Below, one piece after another: positions 7,093 to 18,185 of a stretch of DNA of 64,000 nt. The notes under the pieces were generated by a model, which was given only the letters and a program-made list of their open reading frames with translations, had not been told where the DNA came from and did not search any database. Each line of letters starts with the position of its first letter. Within the stretch, counting starts at the first letter, position 1. Source of the stretch: a virus (Duplodnaviria > Caudoviricetes); IMG/VR virus record IMGVR_UViG_3300026549_000075, positions 6,350 to 70,349 of that record; one strand, written 5' to 3'. Both the position numbers and the translations under genes were made by a program.

Positions 7093-7371
7093 ATGAAGAC
7101 GATTAACCTATATCCAGAAGAAAGAGAAGCATTATATAAAGATTATGAACAAGGATACTTTATTAATACTTGTAATAATTGGTTATGTCCTTTTAATAAT
7201 GATGGTATTTGTGTAATTCAAAGATCAACTGATTGCATTGATGATCCTGAATTAGATAAAGACATCGATATTTTATATGAACTGTCCAGCAGTTTGGATG
7301 AAAATGAAGTTAATTTTGCTTTTGAAGCCTGGAGAGATTTAATTATTGAGAGGTACGGGTATAATGTCTAA
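7093..7371 (+). CDS. Hypothetical protein (Cys cluster CNNWLCPF..GIC..C)
   Basis: ORF track plus GAGGT RBS. Confidence 0.7.
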   Translation: MKTINLYPEEREALYKDYEQGYFINTCNNWLCPFNNDGICVIQRSTDCIDDPELDKDIDILYELSSSLDENEVNFAFEAWRDLIIERYGYNV

Positions 7372-7657
7372 ATTAAATATTATGAATTTTAAAGGTGATT
7401 CTAAGGATCTTGATATAGATATTTATGATAAAGGTATTTCATTTATAGGAGTAACTTCAATTACAGGAGATGAACAGATAAGAGTTATTCTTAATGGTGT
7501 AAGTAAGATATATGATGCTTCACTTGAAATAGGACCATCAAGATGTACTGATTACTATGAAGGTTTTTATGATGTGTATAATATTCTTACAGGTACAGAT
7601 ATTAGAAAACAATTCCTAAAAAGAAAATGTACTGATGGAGTTTATATAGATGAGTAA
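7364..7657 (+). CDS. Hypothetical protein
   Basis: ATG at 7364 with a GAGAGG RBS, overlapping the previous stop. Confidence 0.65.
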   Translation: MSKLNIMNFKGDSKDLDIDIYDKGISFIGVTSITGDEQIRVILNGVSKIYDASLEIGPSRCTDYYEGFYDVYNILTGTDIRKQFLKRKCTDGVYIDE

Positions 7658-7701
7658 TAATTAATAATTAATTGAATACCCAAAAAGATGTTTGGTTATT
7701 C

Positions 7702-7712
7702 TGCTAAATTTA
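7702..7712 (+). promoter_or_regulatory. TGCTAAATTTA putative late promoter
   Basis: Motif recurs in intergenic DNA upstream of structural genes. Confidence 0.6.
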
Positions 7713-7730
7713 ATATAGAGGAAGATAAAT

Positions 7731-8645
7731 ATGTTAAATTATAGTGATTTAAAATTAAAATTAATTAATACTGGATATTTTATTGATAATGATTATCTTG
7801 ATAAATATTTAAATTTAATCATTAAAAATAAAGACACTTTAAAAACTTTTGGATATGAAACTCATCATATATTACAGAGAAAATATTTTAAAATTATTAA
7901 TGCTGATATAGATGAAACAGAATCTAATAAAGTTAATTTACTTTATAAAGATCATATTTTAGCTCATTATTACTTATCATTATGTACAATTAATGATTTA
8001 AAAATATCAAATATACAATGTTTTTTAATGATGACATTTTATAAAAATAAGCTAACAGATGATGAGAAAGATATTTATAGGTCATTAGATGAATATCAAA
8101 CATTATATGAAAAATGAATAATGTGACTATCAGAAAATGGTCCTAAAAGATATTCTGATGATTGATCTGAGTATAGTAGAAATCTTATAAGTAAAATGTT
8201 TAAAGGTAAACCAAAATCCGATGAACATAAAAAGCATTTAAAAGAAGCAAGAGATTATCATTCAACTACTAAAGGTAAAAAATCAATATATAATATAAAA
8301 TTAAATAAAGTTAAATTTGTATTTCCTGATGAAATAAATAAATATTTAATGACAGGAGATTGAATTATTGGTGGTAAACCTTTAAGTGATGAACAGAAAA
8401 ATAAAATATCAAATAGTAATAGTAAATCACTAAAAGGTAAAAAATCAAAAGGTTTAAATAAAGGTTTAACTCCATGAAAAGTTAAGTGTATTGATACTGG
8501 AGAAATATTTGACAGTATAAAAGATGCGTCAAATTGAATGGTAAATAATGGTTATGGATCTGGTGGTCACATAAGAGAATGTTGTGATGGTAGTAGAGAA
8601 TCCACATTTAATTTACATTGAGAATGAGTTGATAAAAATGAATAA
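7731..8645 (+). CDS. Free-standing HNH homing endonuclease with NUMOD3/NUMOD1-type DNA-binding repeats (304 aa, code 4)
   Basis: ETHHILQRK..ESNKVNLLYKDHILAHYYL; GKPKSDEHKKHL; KCIDTGEIFDSIKDA..IRECC. Eight in-frame TGA, ends at TAA 8645. Confidence 0.8.
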
Positions 8646-8662
8646 GGAGGAAAATAAAGTCA

Positions 8663-10523
8663 ATGTCAAAAGATGATAAGTTTTGTCTTATGATAGTTGA
8701 AAGTCCCTAACAAGGTTCGTACTATTTCACAGTTCCTACCACCTAATATTAAGGTTAAGGCTTCAGTAGGTCATATAGCAAAAATAAAAGATAGTGGATT
8801 ATATAATCTTGGAATTGATGTCAAAGGAAATTTTGATATTGATTTTGTAATAGATGACAAGAAAAAGGAAACAGTCAAGGAACTTAAAGAATTAGTTTCA
8901 AGAGCTGATACAGTATATGTAGCAACTGATCCTGATAGAGAAGGAGAAGCAATAGCATATCATCTTAAGAATTTCCTTAATATTCCTGTAAAGAAGTTTA
9001 AAAGAGTTACGTACCATGAAGTAACAAAGAAAGCTGTACTTGAAGCTATTGATCATCCTGGTAAATTGGATGAAAACCTGGCTGATGCTGCTTTAGCAAG
9101 AGCTTCATTAGATAAAATAGTAGGTTATAGATTAAGTCCTATAGCAAGAAATAAAGTAGGATGTAGATCAGTTGGTAGATGTCAATCTCCAGCATTAAAA
9201 CTTATTGTTGAAAGAGAAGAGGAAATAGTTAACTTTAAGTCAAAAAAGTACTATGAAATATGGTTACCATTTACAAAAAATAAACTAGAATACAAAGCTC
9301 AATTTAAAGGACTTATTAAGGAAACAAAAAATAAACCTACAATTGAAGATAAAGAATTTGCTGAAAAAGTTGTATCAGATTGTAAAGGATATCCTTATAT
9401 AGTTTATGATATTCAAAGTAATGACAGAAAGGTATCACCTAAACCACCTTTTACAACTTCAACATTTCAACAGGAAGTATCAAGTAAATTAGGGTACTCA
9501 GTTAAAGCAGCTATGACTTATGCTCAACATTTATTTGAAGGTATCAATATAGGTGGACAGCATGTAGCACTAGTTACATATTTAAGAACTGATTCAACTG
9601 AAATGGATCCTGAATTTAAAGAAACATTAAAGACCTTTATTAAAGAAAATTATGGTAAGGAATATCTCTCAGGAGATACTAAAAAGGCAAAGAAATCAAA
9701 AAATGCACAAGATGGTCATGAATGTTTTAGAGTTATTGATTTAACAATGACTCCTGAAAGATTATCAAGTTATATAGCTGATCAACAGATGATTAAGGTA
9801 TATACATTAATCTATAACAGAACTGTTGCCTCGATGATGTCAGAAGCAATCATAACAGATGTAGATTTTATTATTAAGAATGGAGCATACAAGTTTGTAT
9901 ATTCTGAACACTCCATTAAGTTTCCAGGATTCTACAAAGTGTATGATTTAGAAGAAGATATTGTACAAGGTTTAGATATTTGTGTATTAGAAAAACTTGA
10001 TGCTAAAGAACTTGAATTAAAAGAAAAGAAGACATCTCCACCTAAAAGATATTCAGAAGCAACATTAGTTAAGAAGTTGGAAGATTTAGGTATAGGTAGA
10101 CCATCAACTTTTGCAACTATTATAGGTACACTACTTGATCCTACAAGAGGATATTGTGAAGAACAAGGTAAAGCATTAGCACCTACTGAAAAAGGAATTA
10201 AATTATCACACTTCCTTGATCAAGCATTCCCTGATATAGTTAATTATGATTATTCAGCTAAAATGGAAGAATCACTTGATAAAATATCTAAAGGTGATTT
10301 AGGTAGAGTTGATTATTTAAAAGACTTTTACTCTGACCTTGAAAATCAAATTAAAGGATCTAAAGGAGTGGAGGGAGAAAAACCACAGGCAGAAATGACC
10401 GATAAAGTATGTCCTCAATGCGGAAAGCCTTTGGTAAAAAGATATGGAAGATTTGGACCATTTCTAGCATGTTCAGGTTGGAAATTTGGTAGTAAAGGAT
10501 GTAATTATACTCAAAAACTTTAG
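8663..10523 (+). CDS. topA: DNA topoisomerase I (type IA); N-terminus joined by a +1 frameshift at CCC-TAA (8705-8710)
   Basis: TOPRIM motifs IVES-P-NK, ASVGHI, ATDPDREGEAIA, GRCQSPAL, catalytic TYLRTDS, GIGRPSTFA, C-terminal zinc ribbon. The RBS/ATG frame stops after IVESP. Confidence 0.9.
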
Positions 10524-10610
10524 TGTATATTATATTAAGAACTGGAATAACTAGCACTGGTAATGGTCGACCTACTAGTTATCAGTGCTAGAAAGGAAGG
10601 TTCTTTTTTA

Positions 10611-11567
10611 ATGGAACAAAATTATATAGGGTATATTTATATTACAACAAATCTTATTAATAACAAAAAGTATATAGGACAGCATAAATCAAAATCATTT
10701 GATTTAAATTATTTAGGTTCAGGTAAATTAATAGTTGAAGCAATAAAAAAGTATGGTAAGGATAATTTTAAAACTGAAGTAATTGAATGATGTACATCAG
10801 CTGAAGAGTTAAATAATAGAGAAATATATTGAATACAATATTATAATGCTGTAAATGATAATAATTATTATAACCTACATGATGGTGGTGGAAGTGGCTG
10901 AGATTATGTAAATAGATGCTGAGCTGATGGTGTATTTACAAGAAAACCTTTATCTGAAGAAGCTAAAGAACATATGAGACATCCTCATGTTGTTACTGAA
11001 AAGGGATTGAAAACATGAGGTAATAAAGGTAAACATCTAAAAGACGAGACAAAAAAGAAATTGAGTGATAAATTAAAAGTAGCTCGTGTTACATATGCTC
11101 CAATATGAAATAAAGGTATCCCTCAAACAGAAGAAGCTAAGCGAAAAATGCTTAAAACCAGAGAAGAAAATTGTATCGGTTGTGTAGCTGTGAGATGTGT
11201 TGAAACTGGTTATATATTTAAAAGTGAAAATGATGCATTAGAGTGACTTGGTGCTAAAGCAAACAAGATATCTGAATGTTTAAGTGGTAGTAGAGAAATG
11301 ACATATGGATATCATTGAGAAGTGGTTGATAATGTTGATCTAAACTCTATAGATTATTCGATATATGATAAACCAAGTATAAAATGAAATAGCATAAGAA
11401 ATAAAGTTTATTTGTGTATAACAACTAATAAAGAATATAAAAATTGAAATGAAATTAAAATGGATTTTAAATATACACGTAGTAATTGTGAAAAAATAAA
11501 AAGTTTATGTGATAATAATGATGAAAGTGAATATTTAGGATACAAATGAAGATATAAGATTGTATAA
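10611..11567 (+). CDS. Free-standing GIY-YIG homing endonuclease (Seg-like) with NUMOD repeats (318 aa, code 4)
   Basis: GYIYITTNLINNKKYIGQH..YLGSG..YGKDNF..EIYWI..YNLHDGG; 11 in-frame TGA; ends at TAA 11567. Confidence 0.85.
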
Positions 11568-11658
11568 TATATAAGTTACTCTACACCTCAAGTAATTGTT
11601 ATATAAATTCGTAAATAGGATTACGAAAAGAATTTAATTTCATAAGGAGGAAATTTAA

Positions 11659-11946
11659 ATGAAAACAATTTACAAGTCAGAAGTATTAAACAAAGAGTTT
11701 GAAACAGAAGAAGAATGCCTTACAGCTGAAAAGAAGTATGAAGAGGAACATGCTAAAGAGTTAGCTGAAAAGGAAGAAAGAGCAAAACGCGCTAAAGAAG
11801 TCAATGAAGCGTATAAGAAGTATATTGAATTAAGAGAAAAATTTATTGAAGATTACGGATCATATCACGTTACATTGACGGAAAAGGATTTGCCAGCATT
11901 AAATAAGATTAACCTTTGGGATTTATTTGATAAATTTTGGTTTTAA
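11659..11946 (+). CDS. Hypothetical coiled-coil protein
   Basis: Strong AAGGAGG RBS; 95 aa. Confidence 0.8.
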   Translation: MKTIYKSEVLNKEFETEEECLTAEKKYEEEHAKELAEKEERAKRAKEVNEAYKKYIELREKFIEDYGSYHVTLTEKDLPALNKINLWDLFDKFWF

Positions 11947-11974
11947 AATTTAATAAATAGTTATGAGGTGAATT

Positions 11975-12004
11975 GAGGGTAATGAAAGTTACCCTTTTAT
12001 TTTT
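11975..12004 (+). terminator. Rho-independent terminator
   Basis: GAGGGTAAT-GAAA-GTTACCCTT followed by a T-run. Confidence 0.8.
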
Positions 12005-12006
12005 AC

Positions 12007-12018
12007 TGCTAAAATTTA
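12007..12018 (+). promoter_or_regulatory. Putative late promoter variant TGCTAAAATTTA
   Basis: Lies directly after the terminator, ~37 nt before the ATG at 12044. Confidence 0.55.
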
Positions 12019-12043
12019 TATATTATATATTAGAGGTATAAGT

Positions 12044-12232
12044 ATGAAAGTATTAAGAGAAGCTGGACAAGTAAAATCATTTAAGCAATTAGTTAAAGTT
12101 ATTTCTGAAATAAATTCAGAAGATTCTTTTAATGCAGCTTGTGGTGATATTGATATATCTTTTCAACATGATAAGATTAATTGGGATGATCATGAATTGT
12201 TATATAAACTTGTAAGTAAGGTAAAATATTAA
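12044..12232 (+). CDS. Small hypothetical protein (N-terminal MKVLRE|A)
   Basis: GAGGT RBS, 62 aa. Confidence 0.65.
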   Translation: MKVLREAGQVKSFKQLVKVISEINSEDSFNAACGDIDISFQHDKINWDDHELLYKLVSKVKY

Positions 12233-12233
12233 T

Positions 12234-15200
12234 ATGAAAGTTATTAAAGAAACAAGAATGAATACTCATCAAACTCATTTAGAAGATTTAGTTCTTTTAG
12301 GCAAGGATGGATTCAATGAACTTAATGATAAGATAGATAAATTTTTAAGAAGATTTGATAACAGTAATAAAGAATTAAATTTAACTCAAAAAGTAGATGG
12401 GTCACCCGCTTTATTTGTATGGCATAAATTTTCAGGATATCCAGATAATTCAATAGCATTAAAAGGATTTACATCTGGTCCAAATACAGCTATGTCATCT
12501 GAAGAACAAATTGATGCAAAATATGCTGATAGACCTGGAATGGCTGAGAAACTCAAACTTGGTCTTCAACTTGCTAAATATATTCCAGAAGGTGAATGTT
12601 GGCAGGGTGACTATTTATTTTCACATGATGATATAAGAGAAGAAGAGATAAATGGAAAGAATTATTTAACTTTTCAGCCAAATAAAATTGTTTATGCTTT
12701 TTCTGAAGAAAATGCTGATTATGATAAAGTAGCTAATTCCGATTTCGGAATTTGTTTTCATACAATATATAAAGATGCAGGTGACGGAAATAAAAGTCAA
12801 TCATTTGATGTTGATCCTACAAGAATAAATGCACCAAATAATTTTTATATCATGTCTCCCGCTATAAATGTATCTTCTAATAAAGCTGATTATGATACAG
12901 ATTCTATTGAAAAAGAATATGAAAAGCTTAAAACTGTAGAAAATAAATTATTAAATGATTCTGCTTATGAAGATTTAATAAATAATCAGGTATTCATGAA
13001 TTATTGGAATACATTTGAAAATGCAAGCTTAGCTGATAAGAAGCAAGTTAATTTGAATGCTTCAACAGTTATAAATGATTTAAAGTCTTATGTAAGAGAT
13101 AAACAAGAAAAAGAATATGATAAAAAGATTGGATCTCTTAAGACAGATGTTGGCAAACAAAAGGCTACAGATAAATTTAATAGAGATGTACAAGAACTTA
13201 CAGATTTAATAGATAATAATAAGTCAACTATAACTAATATAGTAGAAGCAATTAATCTCGCTGCTAATATTAAAATGTCAATGTGGGCAGGATTAAAACA
13301 GGCAAAGAATGATTATTCAACATTCTATAGATCGAGAACAAAAGGATATTTCCCAGCTGAAGGCGAAGGAATCGCCATGTCAGATATGAATGGTAATATT
13401 GTTAAAATTGTAGATAGAAGTTCATTTAGTTCATACAACAGAGACCCAGATATTATGTCAGGTTTTGAGCATGTTGGAGAAGATCTTAATGAAGATATTG
13501 GTGATATTCAGCTTGATAGTAAACTTGAAAAATTATTAGGCAACAATAAACAGAAATTTATTGATAAAGTAATTGAAATGATTTTAGATAAATCATATCT
13601 TGATTATTTCACTTATGGTTTATATCATGATGATGGAAATAAAAAACATAAAGCTGTTCATGATTTTTGGTTAAATAATTTTGGATTAGATACTTCCTTA
13701 AGAGGAGTTGGATCAAAAATCAATTCAGCAATATTAAGTATTGAATCAAGTATTGAAGATACTGATGAATATAAAGATTCACTTGACTGGGATGATACAA
13801 AGAGACTTTCAAAAGATGAACAATTCAAGATGAACTTATTCTATGAATGGGATGCTATAAGGAAAGATCCTTTTGGAGATTATAGTGATGATGATCCTAG
13901 AAAGAGTATGTCATTCAGGGAATTTTTACAAGATAAGTTGAATTCAGGTGATTATGAAGATGATTACGAGAAACAACTCCTTATAAAAACTATTGAAGAA
14001 GTTAAAGGTGGATCAGGTTATTTTAGAGAAATGTTAGCAACTCAAAGAGGTGATATGGGATCGTTTAATAAATTTTCTAAAAAGCTTGTACTTGATGAAG
14101 ATGGAAGCAATAAAGTAGCTGTGATGGCTTTCGGCAGATTGAATCCTCCTTCAATTGGTCATAGAAAATTAGCGAAGAAAATGGCTTCTTTAGCTAAAGA
14201 TGAAAAACCAAAGTTATATTTAAGTCATAAAATAGATTCATCTACTGATCCATTGTCATACGGAAGTAAAGTTAAATGAGCTGAAAAAGAGCTTGGTGAT
14301 TTAGTCGATGTAGTTGAATCAGATGCTAAGAATGTATTCCAAGCTTTACATGAATTATATGATCAAGGATATACTGATATTATCTACGTTGGTGGAGACG
14401 ATAGAATAGGTGGAAGTGGTGATTATAGTCAGCAAATTCTTAACTACAATGGTAAAACAGATAAGAATGGAAATTTAGTTTATAAATTTAACTCAATTAC
14501 TCCTGTAATCGCCGGAGAAAGAAATGTTAATTCAAATAATCCTGAAGAAAAAGCTTCTGCTTCATTGTTAAGAAAATTAGTTGTAGAAGATAACTTCGAT
14601 GAATTTAAAAAGTTTGTTTACTTAAATGATTCTGATGCTTATAGATTATTTAAAGAACTTAAATATGCCATGAAGGGTAAAGAAGAATCATTCTTAGAGG
14701 CTGCAAATAATAGAATATTTGAATTAAGAGAAGCTTCACGATTAACAAAAAGTAAATATACACCAGAAGTACAAGATGCTTTAGATAAAGAATTAGATAA
14801 AATAGATACAAGACTTAATGCTCCTGATAGAAATAAAGGTGCTGAAGAATATAAAAATGATATCGATAACTACACTGGATTATTTGTTAAACAATCATCT
14901 GATGCAGGTGTAGTTTATAGTGAAAAAGATATCAATAAATTATTCCCTAATGGTGATAAAATAAATGATGCTTTAGCAGAACTTGAGATATCAGTTAATG
15001 GAAATGATTATAAGTTGTCTTCAACAGGTTCAGCAGTTTTAGGAGAAGATAATTTTAGTTCTGAAGAAACAACAATATACCAAGAAGCTATATCAGGTTT
15101 AATTCTTGCTGGAAGAATTGAAGCACCAGATGTTAAAAAATATTTAAAGGAATCTGATGATATTTTTAATTATATCAATGTAAATGGAAAAGATTCTTCT

Positions 15201-16028
15201 AAGTTTAAAAGTAAATGGTCTAATTTTGTAAACAAATGAGGATCTACGTTCAATATTGAACAAGCTCAAAAATCTACTTTCATTAATAAAGCAAATTCAA
15301 TTCTAAAAGGAGATGTTACTAATGCAGATATACTTCATCCAGGAGTAAAATCTCCTTATTCAGCTAAAGCTGGAATTCTTCTTTCTGGCGCTGATACATT
15401 TGATAAATCAGATGTTTACTATTGTACAGGTGATACTGAAAAGATTCTTGATGCAATGATAGCATTTAGAAAGAATAAAGATATTAAAGGTTATGTACAA
15501 TTTATGGTAGATAACTCAAGTAATATAATTGGTGTCTCTTTGAAGAAGGTATCTAAGACATTAAGAGCTGAATGAGATATTCCTCCTAAAGATGCAAGTG
15601 ATTTTACAAAAGTTTACTGGCCTAAAACAGATGCATTAACCCAAGGACTTGTGTTTGATGTAGGAGATAATTCATATCTATTAGCAATTCGTCCTAACTC
15701 CAAAAAGGCTGGAGATAAAGGAACACTTGAGTGGAAAGAAGTTGGTGGATCAGCTCAAATGGGTAAAGCAGTTACTCCAGTTAGAAAGCATTTAGGAGAT
15801 GAATTCTTCTCCGCTTTAAGTAGAGTTATGGTTGAAAAGAATTATATTCAAGCTTGTAAGATGCTACTTAAAGTTCTTACAGGCAAGAATGCTGAACAAG
15901 GTGAAGTTTATAACCTCACAGATGAAGGAAAGAATATTATCTCAAAGATCTTTAATGACGGTTGTGGATTCAATTCGACAGATGAATCTGGAACAAGAAT
16001 GTCTGCTCCATATATTAAAGTTTATTAG
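12234..16028 (+). CDS. 1264-aa multidomain protein: DUF6267/ligase-like N-domain + HxGH cytidylyltransferase-like domain + C-terminal possible nuclease-like domain (3 TGA=W)
   Basis: Track ORFs 12234, 14565 and 15651 share one frame with only TGA between them. Motifs: THLEDL, QKVDGSP, QGDYLF, EGEGIAM..IVKIVDR; FGRLNPPSIGHRKL..VGGDDR..SASLLRK; DKSDVY..IGVSLKK. Confidence 0.75.
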
Positions 16029-16060
16029 TTTACTTTTAGTCTAATATATGGTATATAATA
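16027..16060 (+). promoter_or_regulatory. AGTTTACT-class promoter
   Basis: TTAGTTTACT-N17-TATATAAT. Confidence 0.6.
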
Positions 16061-16065
16061 ATTAT

Positions 16066-16344
16066 ATGGAAAAGCCTGGGTGTGTTCAATTAGCTGAAAT
16101 GCAAATGTTTTCTACTTATATGTTAGATTTAGATGTTATATTACTTGGACTTGATCTTGCTATAGCAGATTTAAGAGGCTATGTTACAGGGTCAAGGTAT
16201 CCAGAGGCAGCAGGAGAAACGAATCAAAAACAAAATATAAATATACCTCCTAAGAAAACACCTTTTGGATCTGATTGGTTTGATGATTATATCTGGGGAT
16301 ATAATGATTGCATAGACGATATTAAAAGAATGAATGGCATGTAA
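16066..16344 (+). CDS. Hypothetical protein; C-terminal GYNDCIDDI motif shared with the 5190 ORF
   Basis: ORF track; likely start at 16066 with no obvious RBS. Confidence 0.6.
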   Translation: MEKPGCVQLAEMQMFSTYMLDLDVILLGLDLAIADLRGYVTGSRYPEAAGETNQKQNINIPPKKTPFGSDWFDDYIWGYNDCIDDIKRMNGM

Positions 16345-16380
16345 ATTTAGTTTACATGCCTTTTATTATGTGATAATATA
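16341..16380 (+). promoter_or_regulatory. Promoter with a GTAAAT-TTA-GTTTAC palindrome over the -35 element
   Basis: The same 15-mer occurs again at 16781. Confidence 0.65.
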
Positions 16381-16408
16381 GTATATGTAAATGAAAGAGG
16401 TAAGAAAA

Positions 16409-16774
16409 ATGTTTAAAATTTCAAGCAAAATTGATAAGATGTATGTAATTAGAGGTGAAAGAAGAGTTTTTGGTAAAAAGGTTTACAAGCATATCCAGTT
16501 TAATCCATGGTCAGGTAATCCTATTATTCAGACAGATATTGCATATAGAGCTCATAATGTTGTTGCTTTTACAAATAAAGATGAAGCTAGAACATTCATG
16601 AAGAATTTCTTCCAGACAAGAATTGAACAGCTTATTGGTGATACTGCTTGGAAAATTGCAGAATATAAGCCAGCTTGCAATGATGATTATATATTAACTT
16701 TTAAAAAAGTTAATACTATTTATGGTTCATGCTACACAATTGAAGACATTAAATATATTAAAAACATTTATTAA
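16409..16774 (+). CDS. Hypothetical protein, paralog of 17035
   Basis: GAGGT RBS; GKKxY..IQFN..NPII.TD..Y.A.N.V.FTNK shared with 17035. Confidence 0.75.
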   Translation: MFKISSKIDKMYVIRGERRVFGKKVYKHIQFNPWSGNPIIQTDIAYRAHNVVAFTNKDEARTFMKNFFQTRIEQLIGDTAWKIAEYKPACNDDYILTFKKVNTIYGSCYTIEDIKYIKNIY

Positions 16775-16780
16775 AGCAGG

Positions 16781-16822
16781 TAAATTTAGTTTACTTGCTT
16801 TTTTGTTTATGATAATATAATA
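16781..16822 (+). promoter_or_regulatory. Promoter with a GTAAAT-TTA-GTTTAC palindrome
   Basis: TTTACT-N17-TAATAT. Confidence 0.65.
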
Positions 16823-16846
16823 ATGTAAAGGAAAGAGGTAAAAGAT

Positions 16847-17023
16847 ATGTGGAGATATGAAGTTAGTTACAGAGACAATGGTATTCTTAAGGGTAAAGGA
16901 TTTGGTTATAGAGATAAGTTTGAGAAGTTCGTTACAAAACTTCTTAAGAATCCATTAAGATATACTGAAGTCAGAGTATTCGATGGAGATATACCTTACA
17001 GCACTTTTGTAGAAATTAGATAG
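16847..17023 (+). CDS. Small hypothetical protein (58 aa, below the track cutoff)
   Basis: GAGGT RBS; MWRYEVSYRDNG... to TAG. Confidence 0.65.
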   Translation: MWRYEVSYRDNGILKGKGFGYRDKFEKFVTKLLKNPLRYTEVRVFDGDIPYSTFVEIR

Positions 17024-17034
17024 GAGAAAGTAAG

Positions 17035-17400
17035 ATGAAATACACAGTCAAGACAGAAGAAACAGGAAACACTTTATACACTTTCAGAAAACCAAGACAG
17101 GTGCATGGAAAGAAATACTACTCCTATATTCAATTCAATACAAGGTCAGTTGAAAAGAATCCTATCATTGTAACTGACTTGCAATATCAAGCATTCAATT
17201 CAGTCTTATTCACAAATAAAAAAGATATGTTCGATTTCAGTATTAAGTTCTTTATGAACAGACATGAAGATTCCTGGCGTGATTGGGAATTCGTGGAATA
17301 TAAACCAGTAAATTCAAAAGAAATTACAAATATTAATGTCAGAAAAGTATATACAAAGTATGGTCCTTGCTATAGAGTTTCATCAATCAACTGGAGGTAA
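17035..17400 (+). CDS. Hypothetical protein, paralog of 16409
   Basis: ORF track; AGGAG RBS. Confidence 0.75.
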   Translation: MKYTVKTEETGNTLYTFRKPRQVHGKKYYSYIQFNTRSVEKNPIIVTDLQYQAFNSVLFTNKKDMFDFSIKFFMNRHEDSWRDWEFVEYKPVNSKEITNINVRKVYTKYGPCYRVSSINWR

Positions 17401-17888
17401 TGAGAATGAGTAAGTGGTATGGAAATTTAATAAATAGATTGGAAGAAGGAAGATCAGTTCCAGATATTAAGCCTGGGACAGACATAACTATGTATTACTG
17501 GTCAGACAGAACTTGCTATTATGTAGTAGATGTAGAAAATCAGAAGAGGATCAAAGTTAGACAGTATCATGTATGTGCAGATCATGATAAACCAGGCGGA
17601 ATGGGTCATCAAAATTGGATGTATTTTAAAACAGCTGATGAAATGAATGACTACTTAAGAAAATATTTCCCTGATACATATAGAGAACATGAAGAAGAAC
17701 CAGAGCCTGAAACTTGGGTATATAGATATAATAAATGGAAGCAGGAAGTTACATATACAAAGGAAAACTACTGCACCGCTAAAGAGTTGAAATCACTAAA
17801 AGAAAAAGGTTATTATAAAAGATACTTTGATTTAAGTGGTAAAATTAGTTTTGGAGTAAGAAGCTACCATTACGACTGGTCGTTTTAA
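17400..17888 (+). CDS. Conserved phage hypothetical protein (WYGNLINRLEE..YYWSDR)
   Basis: ORF track; TAATG overlap; GGAGG RBS. Confidence 0.75.
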   Translation: MRMSKWYGNLINRLEEGRSVPDIKPGTDITMYYWSDRTCYYVVDVENQKRIKVRQYHVCADHDKPGGMGHQNWMYFKTADEMNDYLRKYFPDTYREHEEEPEPETWVYRYNKWKQEVTYTKENYCTAKELKSLKEKGYYKRYFDLSGKISFGVRSYHYDWSF

Positions 17889-17900
17889 TTGGAGGTAAGC

Positions 17901-18185
17901 ATGACAAACGTAGAATATTATGGTGTTAAAAATCTCAAATATGTAAATAAAATGATGCGTCCTGGAATTCAATCTTCAACTGTATATTATATTCCAAGAC
18001 ATGTAAATAAGCCTATTAGGTTGAAAAGATTTGTTGGATCAAGAGATAGAGTATTAAGAAACAAGACTTTATGGCTTCTTGAAACTCCAAAGTTTCCAAT
18101 GAATGATTATGGAGAATATGTTTTCTTAGATATTGATAATTGTTATAGCATTTATAAGATGCGTCATTTTAAAGGAGTTAAATAA
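17901..18185 (+). CDS. Hypothetical protein
   Basis: GGAGGT RBS before the ATG at 17901. Confidence 0.7.
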   Translation: MTNVEYYGVKNLKYVNKMMRPGIQSSTVYYIPRHVNKPIRLKRFVGSRDRVLRNKTLWLLETPKFPMNDYGEYVFLDIDNCYSIYKMRHFKGVK

